A DNA stretch of 64,000 bases from Malacoraja senta (lineage: Eukaryota), in the NCBI GenBank assembly GCA_038087875.1, contig CM075988.1, positions 14,138,001 to 14,202,000 on the forward strand, given 5' to 3'. A program made the position numbers and the translations under genes. Of the stretch, positions 36,118 to 48,633 are shown piece by piece; within the stretch, counting starts at the first letter, position 1, and each line of letters opens with the position of its first letter. The notes below the pieces were generated by a model. The model had not been told where the DNA came from and searched no databases. It was given only the letters and a program-made list of their open reading frames with translations.

Positions 36118-37249
36118 GAATCAACGTACCAGTCAGTGCGCCCGCGGTTGGAAAGTCAGCGCCGCCGCTGCTGAAGCTAGCTAACGTGGAGGGAGAGTGA
36201 GGCAGCGTCAATTATGTGGGCTGAGCCTACGTAATTGACGCTCGCTCTTCCTCCACTGGGCTCAAGACACACCCCCTTGTGAGGCAGACGTGATCGCTGC
36301 CTCCCCTGGAGCTTTTTCATTGCAGTTTTATGAAGAGACCAGCGAGCACAAATTAAATATCTTTATATGTGAAATAAGTTACCTGGACTATGGAAGGTGA
36401 GGACATGCAATGATGGGGTTTACACACATTACATTGGTGACATACATAGAGATAGTAACAGGCACACGCTTATTGCCTGCACTCCATTCAGTTTCTGAGG
36501 GGTTGCGCAATCAAAGGAGAGGCTCAGCTCGCCGCTGCCTCACCTCTCATCTGTCCCTGTATTTGCAGCGGAGCTGCGATAATTTGGCGATTTTTACTAT
36601 AAAAAATTATTGGATTCATATAGAAATGACATTTATAACAGATCAGTGGAAAAATCTTTATATTTATTTTATTTTATTGTTATTTTTCTTTACTTTTCTT
36701 AACAGTTATTTTCATTGGGAGTATGACAGGTGAGGCTCTGCCTCCCCTGACCGCACGTCCCTGGTGCGCTCTGCTGTAAACCTAAGAACTTGATAGTCCT
36801 GTTCTCATCCCATGTTCTTTAACAGCTGCATTTCTTCTTTTAAAATTAACAGTTTTATACCACGTGCTTCTGAACATGAGGGTCAACAGAAATGACAAAC
36901 AGGACATTATGCTACTCGATAGGTTATATGTTCTCTTGGGTTACCTTAGTGAGAAATAGCAAATGCCCTGTGGCTTTGCTTGTGATGAACTGAAGGGCAT
37001 TCAGTTTTATTAAGGCAGGAACAAATCTTTAGAGAAAAGAAACCCAATTACTGCTGTAATACCTTCACGTTTTGCTTGAATATTCCTTTGTCCTCTAACC
37101 GTAATTCACCTGAAATAATATATTTTTAACTCCATCGTGCCCCGCATTTTAATTATTTTTGTGACGCTGCAGTCCAAAGTTTTATGTGAACTATAATTTT
37201 ACCAGCCATATTCTGTTTGGTGATGAATCCTCGATGAGGGCAACACATC

Positions 37250-37970
37250 AGGGAAATAGGCCCTTTGACCTAACTTCTCCTTGTTGACCAAGTTGCTTAA
37301 CCGAGTTAGTCGGATATGCCTACTCCTGACCCAAGCCTTTCCTACACAAGTACTTAATTGTTTTTTAAACACTGTAATTGTATCAACCTCAACTGTACTA
37401 CACGCTGTGGCAGCACATTCCCACAGAACCCTTTTAAAACTTGCTCCTCTCACCTTAACCCTATGTGCTCTAGTTTTTAACTCCGGTACGCTAGGGAAAA
37501 GATTGTGGTACTGACCTTATCTGTACCCTTCCTGATTTTGCATACCTCAATAAGGTCACCCCTCAACCTCTGTCCCTCCAAGGAAAAGAGACCCAGCCTA
37601 TCCAGCCTCTCTGTGTAGCTCAAACCCTATATTCTTGTAAATCTGGTAACATCCTTGTAAATCTCTTTAAAACCCTTTTCACTTTAATGACATCCTTCCA
37701 AAACACACTGGGCTTGAAATTACTGGTGTTGCTCAATTTCCATTTCTAAAACTTGCACCCATTGAATTGTATCGTGATTAGCTATTCACCCATTTTCTCT
37801 GGGGATTTTCAAAACATAGAAACATGAAAAACATAGAAAAATAGATGCAGGAGTAGGCCATTTGGCCCTTTGAGCCAGCAACGCCATTCAATATGATCAT
37901 GGCTGATCATCTAAAATCAGTACCCCGTTCCTGCTTTTTCCCCATATCCCTTGATTCCTTTAGCCCGAAG
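37250..37970 (-). mobile_element. Two CR1 3' fragments (approx. 37250-37700 and 37815-37970)
   Basis: cctctcaccttaacc, ataaggtcacccctcaacctc; (AACATAGA)n and gatcatggctgatc. Confidence 0.75.
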
Positions 37971-39571
37971 AACTACATAAAACTTCACAAGACTTATAGC
38001 AACAGTGTTTGATATTAATTTAACTGTGTGTGTGTCAGAGTCTAGAGTATAAATGATATCAAGAGAAGCAGTGGTGTCAGTTAATTCAAAAAATAATTGA
38101 CATGCAGGCTAATATCTTACTTTGCAACTAGTTTATAATTATGGATTACGTGACACTTTTTAATGTAAACTAAATGGGAACAACTATAAATGTTTTAAGA
38201 CTGTACTACTTTAGAGATTATATCACGTGACAGACTGTTGTAACAATGTTCATTGTGGAATAATGCAGAATCAGTCTGTTAAAAAATATAGTGAGAAATG
38301 TTACCTAGCTTTTCTAATCTTAACTAAGTTGTTTTTAAACTAAGCTTTTCTTTCATTTCATAAAGTTATTATTGGTATTTTGAGTTAATCTTTACTTTCT
38401 CGGATCTTGGAGGATGACACGAGACACGTCATATACTGGCTCTAGCACGATGCACTTCCAAGGACTTTGCAAGCAGATTCCAAAATTTGACTTTTATTCT
38501 ACATATGTCATAATATAATTGTGACACAGAGATTTAGATTGAATAGTGGATGTCCTCTCACAGCCACGCGGTGTGATTCACATGATCTTGAAAAGAATAA
38601 CATGAGTTTACAATGGTACAAACTGGTTTCTCTGAATGAAGGATGACTTGTTTTACATAATGTAGTGCAACTGGACCCATTAAAATAAGTGAATGAAATA
38701 CAAAGTGCAATATATGGGTTGGCCATCAGATGATGGCTCTAATGATGGAACTTCCCCAAGATTATGATCTGATTGAGGAGTGCAATAAATTGTAGAAGGT
38801 GGAAGTCTTATTCCTGTTGCTACAGGAATGTCAGTGAGGAAGGAAATTCTGACAAGCCTCTGGAGCAATAGGATGATAAAGGCGCGTTTAAATGTTTTAA
38901 TTAAATAAACTTGATACTGAAATGGAAGAGGGAAAGCAATTTCATAAATTTGAATGAGCACCTGCAGAAAGTGGGAGTGGGAGGGAAACTTAGTTACAGG
39001 GGAATTTGCAGGGGAAAAATTGGAAAAAAGATTTGCCAATCCAATAATGCAAAATAAAAAGTATATTAATGTTGTGAGGAGAAGTAAACCTAGCTAAAGG
39101 AAGGTAAAAAAAAATGTAGGGAAAAATGGAGCTCCTGGTTTCTCAAACTGAAATGAATGGCTTGATATTCTTGGGCAGTACAGTACCTTTCAAGATAGTT
39201 ATGGGATAGTAATTATGGCAGATTTCAGTAATGGTGGTTTCTCAGGGAGTGTGTTCCACAAAGCAGCAAGGATTAAGCGATGACTAGGGTAATGAGCCTA
39301 CTAGTCAACAGTGATTATAAATGGAGATACAGAGAAGTACAGTACCTTCCAACTTAGAATATTACTTTGTACTTTGCTCATTGCATATTTGCTGAATAAA
39401 ATCTAAATCTTTATCATTTTATTCAGCTTGAGGGATGAATCAAAACCAAGTACCATCAAATTAGTGGCTCATTCAGCATTGTGACTACAGGGACTGTTCG
39501 AACTAATTACAGTCAGGGAGTTGAAACTTTCATCCCATTTGTCAGAAATGGATTTAAACAGAAAGAGACTG

Positions 39572-39805
39572 AAGGTACACAAAAATGCTGGAGAAACTCA
39601 GCGGGGGCAGCAGCATCTATGGAGCGAAGGAAACAGGCAACGTTTCGGGCCGAAACCCTTCTTCAGACTGATAGGGGGTGGGGAGAAGAAAGGAAAAAAG
39701 GCGGAGGAGGAGCCCGAGGGCTGGGGGAGGGGAGCAGACAACCAGAGGGCTGATGAAGGGGAGGGGACAGCAAGGGCTAGCAGAATTGGGAGAATTCAAT
39801 GTTAT
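39572..39805 (-). mobile_element. Penelope 3' fragment/pLTR, second subfamily
   Basis: gctggagaaactcagcggg..gcagcatctatggagcgaagg..cgtttcgggccgaaacccttcttcagac; same subfamily at 28207-28319 and 54868-55068. Confidence 0.8.
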
Positions 39806-40629
39806 CTTTCTGCAGAGATTTTAAACCAAACAGTTTGCATATTCTGTAAAAGACAAACAGAGAGCAGTGCTGAACTACTATCTACCTCTTTGGGCACCCA
39901 CGGACTATCCTTGATCGGACTTTGCTGGCTTTACCTTGCACTAAACATTATTCCCTTATCATGTATCTATACACTATAAATGGCTCGATTGTAATCATGT
40001 ATTGCCTTTCTGCTGACTGGATAGCATGCAACAGAAGCTTTTCACTGTACCTCGGTACAATTGACAATAAACAAAACTAAACAGAAAAAAGATTGCATAG
40101 AACTATTCAATAACAGGTGATGCTTTCCTGGTGTCTAGATCTAAACTTTAATCAAAATCAGGAAAGGAAATTAACTGGTCCTTAATCTTTTTGCTGTTTG
40201 AGAGACTACAAAATATACATTTATTTGTCACTTTGCAGTCGTACAATCCTTGAAAACTATTTCATTGCTGCATCATTTTTAGAGAAGATGTTAAGAAGTT
40301 GTAATATGTTGTAGGCTATGTATTAATCATGCTTTAATTCAGGAGGCAATTTACCTCTACCATTTACCTCCTTTTTTCATATGAATGGCTTCTTCATTCC
40401 TGACACAATCTTAGGTGCCTTCCATGCTGGATCCCCAATTTAATTATAATTACAAACAAAATGTTATAAGCTCTTTTCCTAAAGGAGGCTGTTATATTTT
40501 CCATTTTGACTTTTGATAGCATGTTTCAACTTTCTATGAAGTAGAAGTTTATTGCCTCAAAATCTAGAGAGACTTGCCGGCCATAGCTTGTAAATGAGAC
40601 AGAGCATGAAAATCATTACATTAACATTA

Positions 40630-40740
40630 ATGGTGCATGTGGCAGCTTGCTGTGTACAACTGAACTACCTTGTTTGCCTGTGGCATGACAATGGCTGTAT
40701 TTCAAAAAAAATACTCATCTGATGTTCGGAACATGAGGAC
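40630..40740 (+). mobile_element. Possible ancient Deu-SINE/L2-tail remnant
   Basis: cttgctgtgtacaa..ttgtttgcct..acaatggctgtatttcaaaa..tactcat resembles the remembered Deu-domain 3' end. Confidence 0.35.
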
Positions 40741-41274
40741 CACCACACAATCCATAGTTCTTTTTTTGTCCCATTCTCAAAGTCTCTCTCCATCACACTT
40801 CTCTGTTCAAGCAGTACAACCACACACCACTCATTTCAATTTTATATTGCATTCCTTCCGAGCTTAAATTACAACAACATATGTTCAATGGGTCAGGTAA
40901 GATTAAAGATCCGTGTTGGATTGCTGGTATGGATTAGGTGCCTTGAAGGTGTAGGAAAGAACTGCAAATGCTGGTTTAAATCGAAGGTAGACACAAAATG
41001 CTGGAGTAACTTAGCGGGTCAGGCAGCATCTCTGGAGATGCTTTGAATGACCTGTTTCAGTGCTGTACTGCTCTATGATTTCATGACCACGTCTTTTCAT
41101 TTGAACTTTCATATTTCTCTTGTAAGAACTTATAACTGAGAGACAACTAATGAAAAGCATTTTTCAAGAAAGTTACTTTTGAAAATTAGGAATACATTTT
41201 AAAGCACTGTTAAAAACTGTCAATTTGAAAAGACTGAGCATCTGTCCCTGAAAACAGCATATCTCTCTCTTTTG

Positions 41275-41316
41275 CACACACATACACACACACACACACA
41301 AACACACGCACACACA
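41275..41316. repeat. Imperfect (CA)n microsatellite
   Basis: Direct reading. Confidence 0.9.
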
Positions 41317-41732
41317 TAAATGATATATAACATCAGCAATTACTTATAGCTCAGTACTGACAATACACCAGTATCTGTTCGAAGACGACAAAGTAGGATG
41401 CAAACCAAACACTTTTAATGATTTTGCCTCTTCACAGTTCACGTATATCCATTAAGGGCTGGCAGCTCAATTCTATCGGCGTTCTTGATAGTCAATGTTG
41501 ATTGGGTTGCAGTGTGGATCACAGTGGGGCTGTTAATACAAACTAGCCTCTGATATCAGTTGTTGTCTAATATCTCTGTTGCATGTCAGCACTTTGTGGT
41601 CCATTGTGCAGAATCTGGTAGAGAACGAATCAACCTGTTTGTGCACGTCTGCAGATGTGTTTATAAGTCTATGTAAATGTAAAGCAAGTTGTCTGCATTT
41701 TGGAGAGATCTAGAAACTGCTTCCTGTGAAGA

Positions 41733-42300
41733 TATTGACCGACATCTACTACAAACCTACTGATTCCCATAGCTATCTTGACTACACTTCTTCCCACCCT
41801 GCTTCTTGTAAAGAACCTCCCTACCGTTTCTAGATCTCACCGTCTCCATTACAGGAAACAGACTATTGACCGACATCTACTACAAACCTACTGCCTCCCA
41901 TAGCTATCTTGACTACACTTCTTCCCACCTTGCTTCTTGTAATGATCTCCCTACCGTTTTTAGATCCTCCATTGTCAGAGTGAGGCCCAGCGCAAATTGG
42001 AGGTTCAGCACCTCAAATTTCGCTTGGGTAGTTTACACCCCAGCGGTATGAACATTGACTTCTCTAACTTTAGATAGCCCTTGCTTTCTCTCTCCTTGCC
42101 CTCCCCCTTCCCAGTTCTTACTGTCTCCGACTACATTCTATCTTTGACCCGCCCCCTCCCCGACATCAGTCTGAAGAAGCTTCTCGACCTGAAATGTCTC
42201 CCATTCCTTCTCTCCAGAGATGCTGCCTGTCCCGCTGAGTTACTCCAGCATTTAGTGTCTACCTTCGATTTAAACCAGCATCTGCAGTTCTTTCCTACAC
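41733..42300 (+). mobile_element. Rearranged Penelope-like fragment (duplicated RT piece, endonuclease end, pLTR)
   Basis: TDIYYKPT(D/A)SHSYLDYTSSH occurs twice, then cattgtcagagtgaggcccagcgcaaattggagg and a complete pLTR ending tttcctacac. Confidence 0.88.
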
Positions 42301-43919
42301 TAGTTTCTTAGCAACTGAATAAGCCTGACTAAAATAATTCTATGAGCCAAAAGTAGTTCATAAATAGCGATCATTCACTGATTCCTGAAAAGCACAAATA
42401 AAGCAAAGCACAGAAGGGCAAGTGGAATGAACTGAAGCTCTCCAACCTTGCTATCATTGAGTCACAGTGCATCAGATGCCTATACCGTGGATCACTGTCA
42501 TCGACCGCAGGTTTGACCAGGGAGTCTCTCTGAACATGCCAGAAGAATGAATGTATGCTTAATACATAAAGGACATAATGTCACTGCAGCTCAGTCAAAC
42601 AGATCAAAAGGGACAAGGTTAAACTTAATCTAGGCAGAATTAGCCTTGGATAGGCTGAAACATTACGTTGCAGTAAATGTAATGGGAACCTTTCAGTGTT
42701 GGATTAAAATTCAAAATCAACCCAAATAATAAGGAAAAACTGCTCTAATGATATCAATTAACTTACTTTCTTCCCTTTGAGCACCAGTTCTCCAAAGCAA
42801 GTCAAGTCAAAATAGAAATGTGTGTGTCAAATTGAGATAAAATGTTGTCTTGCAAATGCACTGGTCTGGCAAAAAAGCTGCCATGTTATTGTCAGCAAGA
42901 TAAATCCTTGTGCGATTGCATTTAAGAATGGGTGGACACAGTAGGCGGAAGGGAGATGTTAACTACTCATGATAAGAAAAATGTATCATCTTTCAGGGAT
43001 TAACTTCATTACAAAAGCTGAAATGAATATTGCTGAAGACTGACACAAAATGCCAAATCAATATACTATGGATGGAGACAGCTTGCTGACTTCAGTTTAG
43101 AAGCTTACAAAATGGGAAGTCCACAGGCATTGGAAGAGGAAGTAGCAGCAATGTGATTAATGAATTACAACAGGAAAAGGGAAAACATACCGAGGTTATT
43201 CTGAGAAATCTATTATATCGTCAGAGTACAGATGACTCTGGTTGAGAATCCACATGTCTTTAATTCAACACTTCATTAAATACCCCGAGTCTCTGTTGCC
43301 AATTTGAAGTGGCTCATTTCTATTCCAAATGTTACAAATGCAGTGGTGCTTTGCTCTAAGCCAGTATTTCATTATAGTACAACATAATTTAAAACCGGAG
43401 AGAGTATTTTAAAGTTAGGGTTGATTACTGAAATAATCCTGAAAGTGAAAATAATATTTTAATTATGGGATAAAGACAGGAGTCATATTTTTTATAATAG
43501 TAAAAAAAGTCAAATATTAACTGCTTGGTGTAGAATTAGTCAATAATTTTGCTGAATGGTTATATCTCCTGGAGTAAAATCTTCCTGAGACATGGAGGTA
43601 TGTCTCCCCCAAGCATTCCTGAATGCATTCTCTTCATCAGTTGTAACATATTGATCATTTTGACACTGCAATTCCCTTCGAAGGCTCAAATTATCTGCCA
43701 ATTCCCTGTTGTCAAAATGTAGTTTTTTCCTTTTTTTCCCCTAATCAATAAGTAAGGAGGCCAGTCAGCCCATCAAGTCTATGTATGCTCCCAGCAGAAC
43801 AAATCCATCCTAGTCCCCTATTGCTCAGTTATTTATTCTCTCCCTTGGGCTTTTTTTGTCACTGATCTGCTCTTCAGCCTCACCATTGACCAGATTCCCC
43901 AACTGAGTTTCTGGTCAAT

Positions 43920-44200
43920 AGGCAATAACCAGGCTGTTGATGGTGGAGGATATGACGATGGTAACACCATTGAAAGTTAAAGGTAGGTAATTCGACTCTC
44001 TCTTTGTGGAGATACTCATTGGCTGAATCTTGGTTTGTTGGCTGGGTCTTGCTGCATGCAGTGTGGCTACTTCATTTGTCAGGGAGTTGTGAACAGAATT
44101 AAACAGGAACATTGTGCAATCATCAGCAAATATATCTATATCCACATCTGACCTGACCATGAATGAAAGGTCATTGATGAAGCAGCTGAAAAGTTGAGGT
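43920..44200 (-). mobile_element. Old CR1-like RT fragment
   Basis: Minus-strand LFSCFINDL..VRSDVDIDIFADDCTMF with the RT catalytic FADD motif. Confidence 0.7.
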
Positions 44201-46189
44201 AAATATCCTGCGGGACATTTGATCGATAACCATGGAGTGATTATCTGATCCAGTGGTGATGCTGTTTGATTAATGCTGATTGGAAAGCATGAAGCTTGGC
44301 CTTAAGGGCCTTTTTGATGCTTCCAGCACTACATTGAAGATGATATGGAGGATATACGATACAGTGGTAATTGATTGCCACTTGTGAATGAAAAATGCTA
44401 AATGAATCAAATATTAGGTGTGGAGGAGAGTATGGTGGGAAATCTGAAGAACACTTTCTAGTTTTGAAATCTAACACATCCCCTGTTTTCTACGTGTTAG
44501 AATTTCAATTGAAAATGGATATAACATTACGTAATTGTATATTTGAATACATCCTTAGATTAATTTTCCTTTTTTTAAACAGGCAAACCAGACAAGAGAA
44601 GAAAAATGCAAGGATTGTGTTCTGAATTATATTAATGTAATCTATGTTTTTCATATATCCAAAAATTATTGCCGAATGTTAAACGGCATTATGGATTAAG
44701 ATAAAATAAATTGCAAACCATTCCATGATTGGATTATGATTTAACTGGCTGAAGGCAAGCCTTGATTATATGAATAATATCGCAGCTAAAATGGTTCTCT
44801 GATCGCTTAGCTGGTAAATTCTCTGTTTAATTAAGAACAGGGTAACTCAGAGCCAACACATCCCAGGTCCAATCCCCAGTGTTTGTTTAAGTTGCTAATA
44901 TTTTATGGACATCAAGACCTCAGTTCTCAGTGCATCAGGATTCATACTTCCCAAAGCCAAGCTTCCTTTCCTGGTGATAATAGACAACAGACAAAAGGTG
45001 CAGGAGGCCCTGATGAAATTGATGGAAATGTTGCTGCAGATAATTCCTTCCAGTAATGTCATTATTATAAGCAGTGGAAGTAATTAGTTTTCTTACTCAG
45101 ATTAAAAACATCAAAACATTATTAGGCATGACCATGGGAATTTTATTGAGGTAATTTTCAGGATGTCATTAGCAGCTATTACATTCCAAAGGCCATTTAT
45201 GAGCAAAAATTACATATTTAATGTTCAAAGTAAAATGTGGGCATTGTTTATTTTTAAAAATCCAAGTTGATCACAGTTGCTGTGCATACAAAATGTTGAG
45301 AGAAAGCAGGTGAATATTAGTCCAGCAACAACAGATATCATTCATTTTCCAAAGATAGACACAAAATGCTGGAGTAACTCAGTGGGTCAGGCAGCATCAC
45401 TGAAGAAAAGGAATAGGTGACGTTTCGGGTTGAGACCCACTCATTTCGAGACTCATTCTTTTTCCACTTTGAAATCAGACATTGAGCCCTTATTTGGGAG
45501 CTTATGTAACAATATCCCACATTGTGTTGGCAATTTCCCGTGTGACTGTGCCACAAAGTTATGATGGCCTCTTCCCCGTGGTTCCCCTGTAACAACCATT
45601 TGCAGCAAGCTGTAATTACAAACTGAATTGCATGCATTTAGAAAAGGAAATTCTGGCTGTGAGTTCAGGTTTAAAAATACATTAAAGACATATTGTGGCT
45701 GAGAACATTGCATTTCTTTTATTCATGCGTTTTCAAGCAATGGCAGGCTGGTTTTTGTGCATTTATGTGTGAATTTATTCTGTGACATAATTGGGTAAGA
45801 TGTGGCAGCAATGGAACAATAATACATCCATTCCGTCTGCAACAATACATTTTCAACATGCGCATAGTTTATGTGTTCTGCCGAGCAAATAAATCACCAG
45901 CACTTATGTTGGTTTGCTATTTGAATTCTATCTAGCAACCAATTGCAAGTGCTGCACTGGTCTCAATGTCAAAGTCAGGGTCATCTTCAGTCTCAAAACT
46001 CCTGCGTCAAGATCCTGGCGGGGTGTCTCTGCTGATGTGTACCAGTACGATTTTGTTCTCACCGTTGCATTGTAAATGTCAACAAGCGATCCACAGGCAA
46101 GTGAGGGGCCTTTCATTTTTGAGAAATACAAACTCTCCTGCAATTTGCTGTGCTGCATATCACCTCTTTTGTCAGCAATCTCTCTCCAG

Positions 46190-47560
46190 TTTTCCAAAAA
46201 TAAAGTGGCGTGCCTCAATCGCTCCTGCCCAGAAGCTCTCACATTGTCCATATTGAAGTGTTTTCAAAGGTTGGTAATGGCCCACGTTTTGCACCAGTTT
46301 TCCAGACAATTTAGACCCCCTGCAATTCAGATACAGGAAAAATAGATATACGAGAGGATACCATCTCTCTTGCACTACTTTCAAACCTAGATCACCTTGA
46401 CAATAAGAACACCTATGTAAGGATGCTATTCATTGACCACAGCTCAGCCTTCTTCACCATAATACCGAATAAGCTCATTCCTAAACTTCTGAACCTTGGG
46501 AACCGGTTTCTGGACTTTTTCATGGGCAGACTTCATTTGGTTAGAATTAGTCATAACATTTCCTCCACCATGACCCTCAACACTGGTGCTCCTCAGGGTT
46601 GTGTGCTCAGCCCATTGCTCTACTCCCTGTACACCTGTGCGGTGATGAGGTGTTTGCGCAGTAATCATCCAGAACCAGGACTATGTGGCCAAGTACAATG
46701 CAAACTCGATCTTTGAATTCACCGATGATACTACCCTTGTCAGCCACATCTATAACAATGATGAAAAGAAGCATAGAATGGAGATTGAGAACCTGGTGCC
46801 ATGGTACCAGATAAGAACCAATGTCAGCAAGACAAAAGATTTTTTAAAAAACTGATGTTTATTGTTTTTCCCCTGTTTTTCCCCCTTTTTCCTTCCGCCC
46901 ACAATATTTAATATGTAAAAGAATTTGTGATTCTATTCTTCCATTCTGTTTGTAGTTTTTTGTTTTTGTTTTTTTTGCACAAAGTCTGCGAGCATTGCCA
47001 CTTTTCATTTCACTGCACATCTCGTATGTGTATGTGACAAATAAACTTGACTTGACTTGAGTTGTTTGTTGGCCTAAAGAAGCGAGGAAGAGAATACAAC
47101 CCTGTTCTCCAGAACAAAGCAGATGTACAGATGATTGACAAATTCAAGATCCTAAGCATTCATATCTCCGGCAACCTAATCTGAACCCTCCACACTCATG
47201 CCATGATCAAGAAAGTCCATCAGGATATTTTCTTTCTTAGGCATCTGAGAAAATTTGGCATGTCGACAAGAATTCGCTCAAACTTCTAAAGATGCACTAA
47301 ATAAAATGTTCTTAAAGGATGCATCTCAGCCTGCAAGAGCAACTCTGGACCACTTGACTCTAACATGGAGTAATGAGCCCAGTCCATCAACCACTTCCTT
47401 CCACCGACTCTATCTTCTTGGTGCATTGCATCAGGAAGGCTGTAAGTATCATCACGGAAGTCTGTCACCCTGACTATTCCTACCTTCTGGAAGAAGTTAC
47501 AGTATCTTGAAAGCTTGAACGGTTAGACTTAACAACAGCTCCTTTCCCACCGCTATTTGT
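46190..47560 (+). mobile_element. Degraded Rex1/Babar LINE RT region, with a nested LINE tail at ~46840-47060 ending (CTTGA)n
   Basis: [42 protein letters not shown]; nested tttcactgcacatctcgtatgtgtatgtgacaaataaacttgacttga. Confidence 0.85.
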
Positions 47561-47929
47561 GAAGGTATCACAAATCGGCAATAGAAATTATAGCTTTTCT
47601 TTGAGATTGCTAAAAAGAAATTGATGACTGCCACCTGGTAAGTTTTAGGTGAATTTGAGGCACCAAAAGTGAGTTGTGTTTTTTTCCTGTAACCACTGAA
47701 GATCCATCTGCCTCAGACTTCTGTATATTGTACAGCAAGTGAGAGTAGCAGGGGAAATCTGTGTTATCTTATTAATGATTTTCACTTACACCAAGTTTAG
47801 CCATGATGCTGACTTGCTTCGACTGTTTATAACAGGAACAATAGTATGAATGACTCAGTCTGAGAATAATTCAACTTTTACATCAAATCAACGGATCTGT
47901 TTTTAAAGCGCCATAAAAATATGAATATG

Positions 47930-48265
47930 TTCATAATCATAATTGTAATTTATTAGCTAAGTATGTTTTGCAACATACGAGGAATTTGGTTTGACATACA
48001 GTCATACCATAAAAGCAACAAGACGCACAACTACATAAAAAATTGAAATAAACATCCACCATAGTGGCTCCTCCACATTCCCCACTGTGATGGAAGGCAA
48101 TAAAGTCTTATCTTCTTTCCTCCTTTCCTCCCGGGGTCGGGGGAGTCGAACCATCTGCAGCCGGTGATTGAGCTCCCATGTTGGGGCGGTCTAAGCTCCC
48201 GCATCGGGGCGATCGAACTCTTGCGGCTTGGAGTTCCCGAAGTCGGTCGCTAACCAGGGATCATG
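47930..48265 (-). mobile_element. 5'-truncated copy of the (TGATTA)n-tailed non-autonomous retroposon
   Basis: Reverse complement matches approx. 5300-5634 (catacttagctaataaa, ttccatcacagtggggaatgtggagg). Confidence 0.8.
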
Positions 48266-48533
48266 AGATCGGACTAAAGCATATGGCATACCAATAGATC
48301 TTCCTGTTAGTTGAGAGATATATTTGGCATAAAAATAAGAAACCAGTAGACGTTGGAGTAAAGCATATGGCATACCACCTGATCTTACTGTTAATTGAGA
48401 GATATATTGTTTAAATATGACATGAAGAACTGGAAAACTATATTGATGTGAAGCTGTTAGAAAAGCCAAAATCTATTTGCCTGGGGCAAAGAGGAAAGAG
48501 GAGAATGACACAATGAGAATGAACTCATTCAGA

Positions 48534-48633
48534 CCAGTCTGAAGAAGGGTCTCGACCCGAAATGTCACCCATTCCTTCTCTCCAGAGATGCTGCCTGTCC
48601 CGCTGAGTTACTCCAGCGCTTTTTGTGTCTATC
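48534..48633 (+). mobile_element. Solo Penelope pLTR
   Basis: cagtctgaagaagggtctcgacccgaaatgtcacccattcc..gagttactccagc. Confidence 0.8.

Noticed and set aside
46639..46680. 40-bp insert in the Rex RT containing gtgatga (C-box-like)
   Set aside because: No D box or terminal stem, and too short for a snoRNA.
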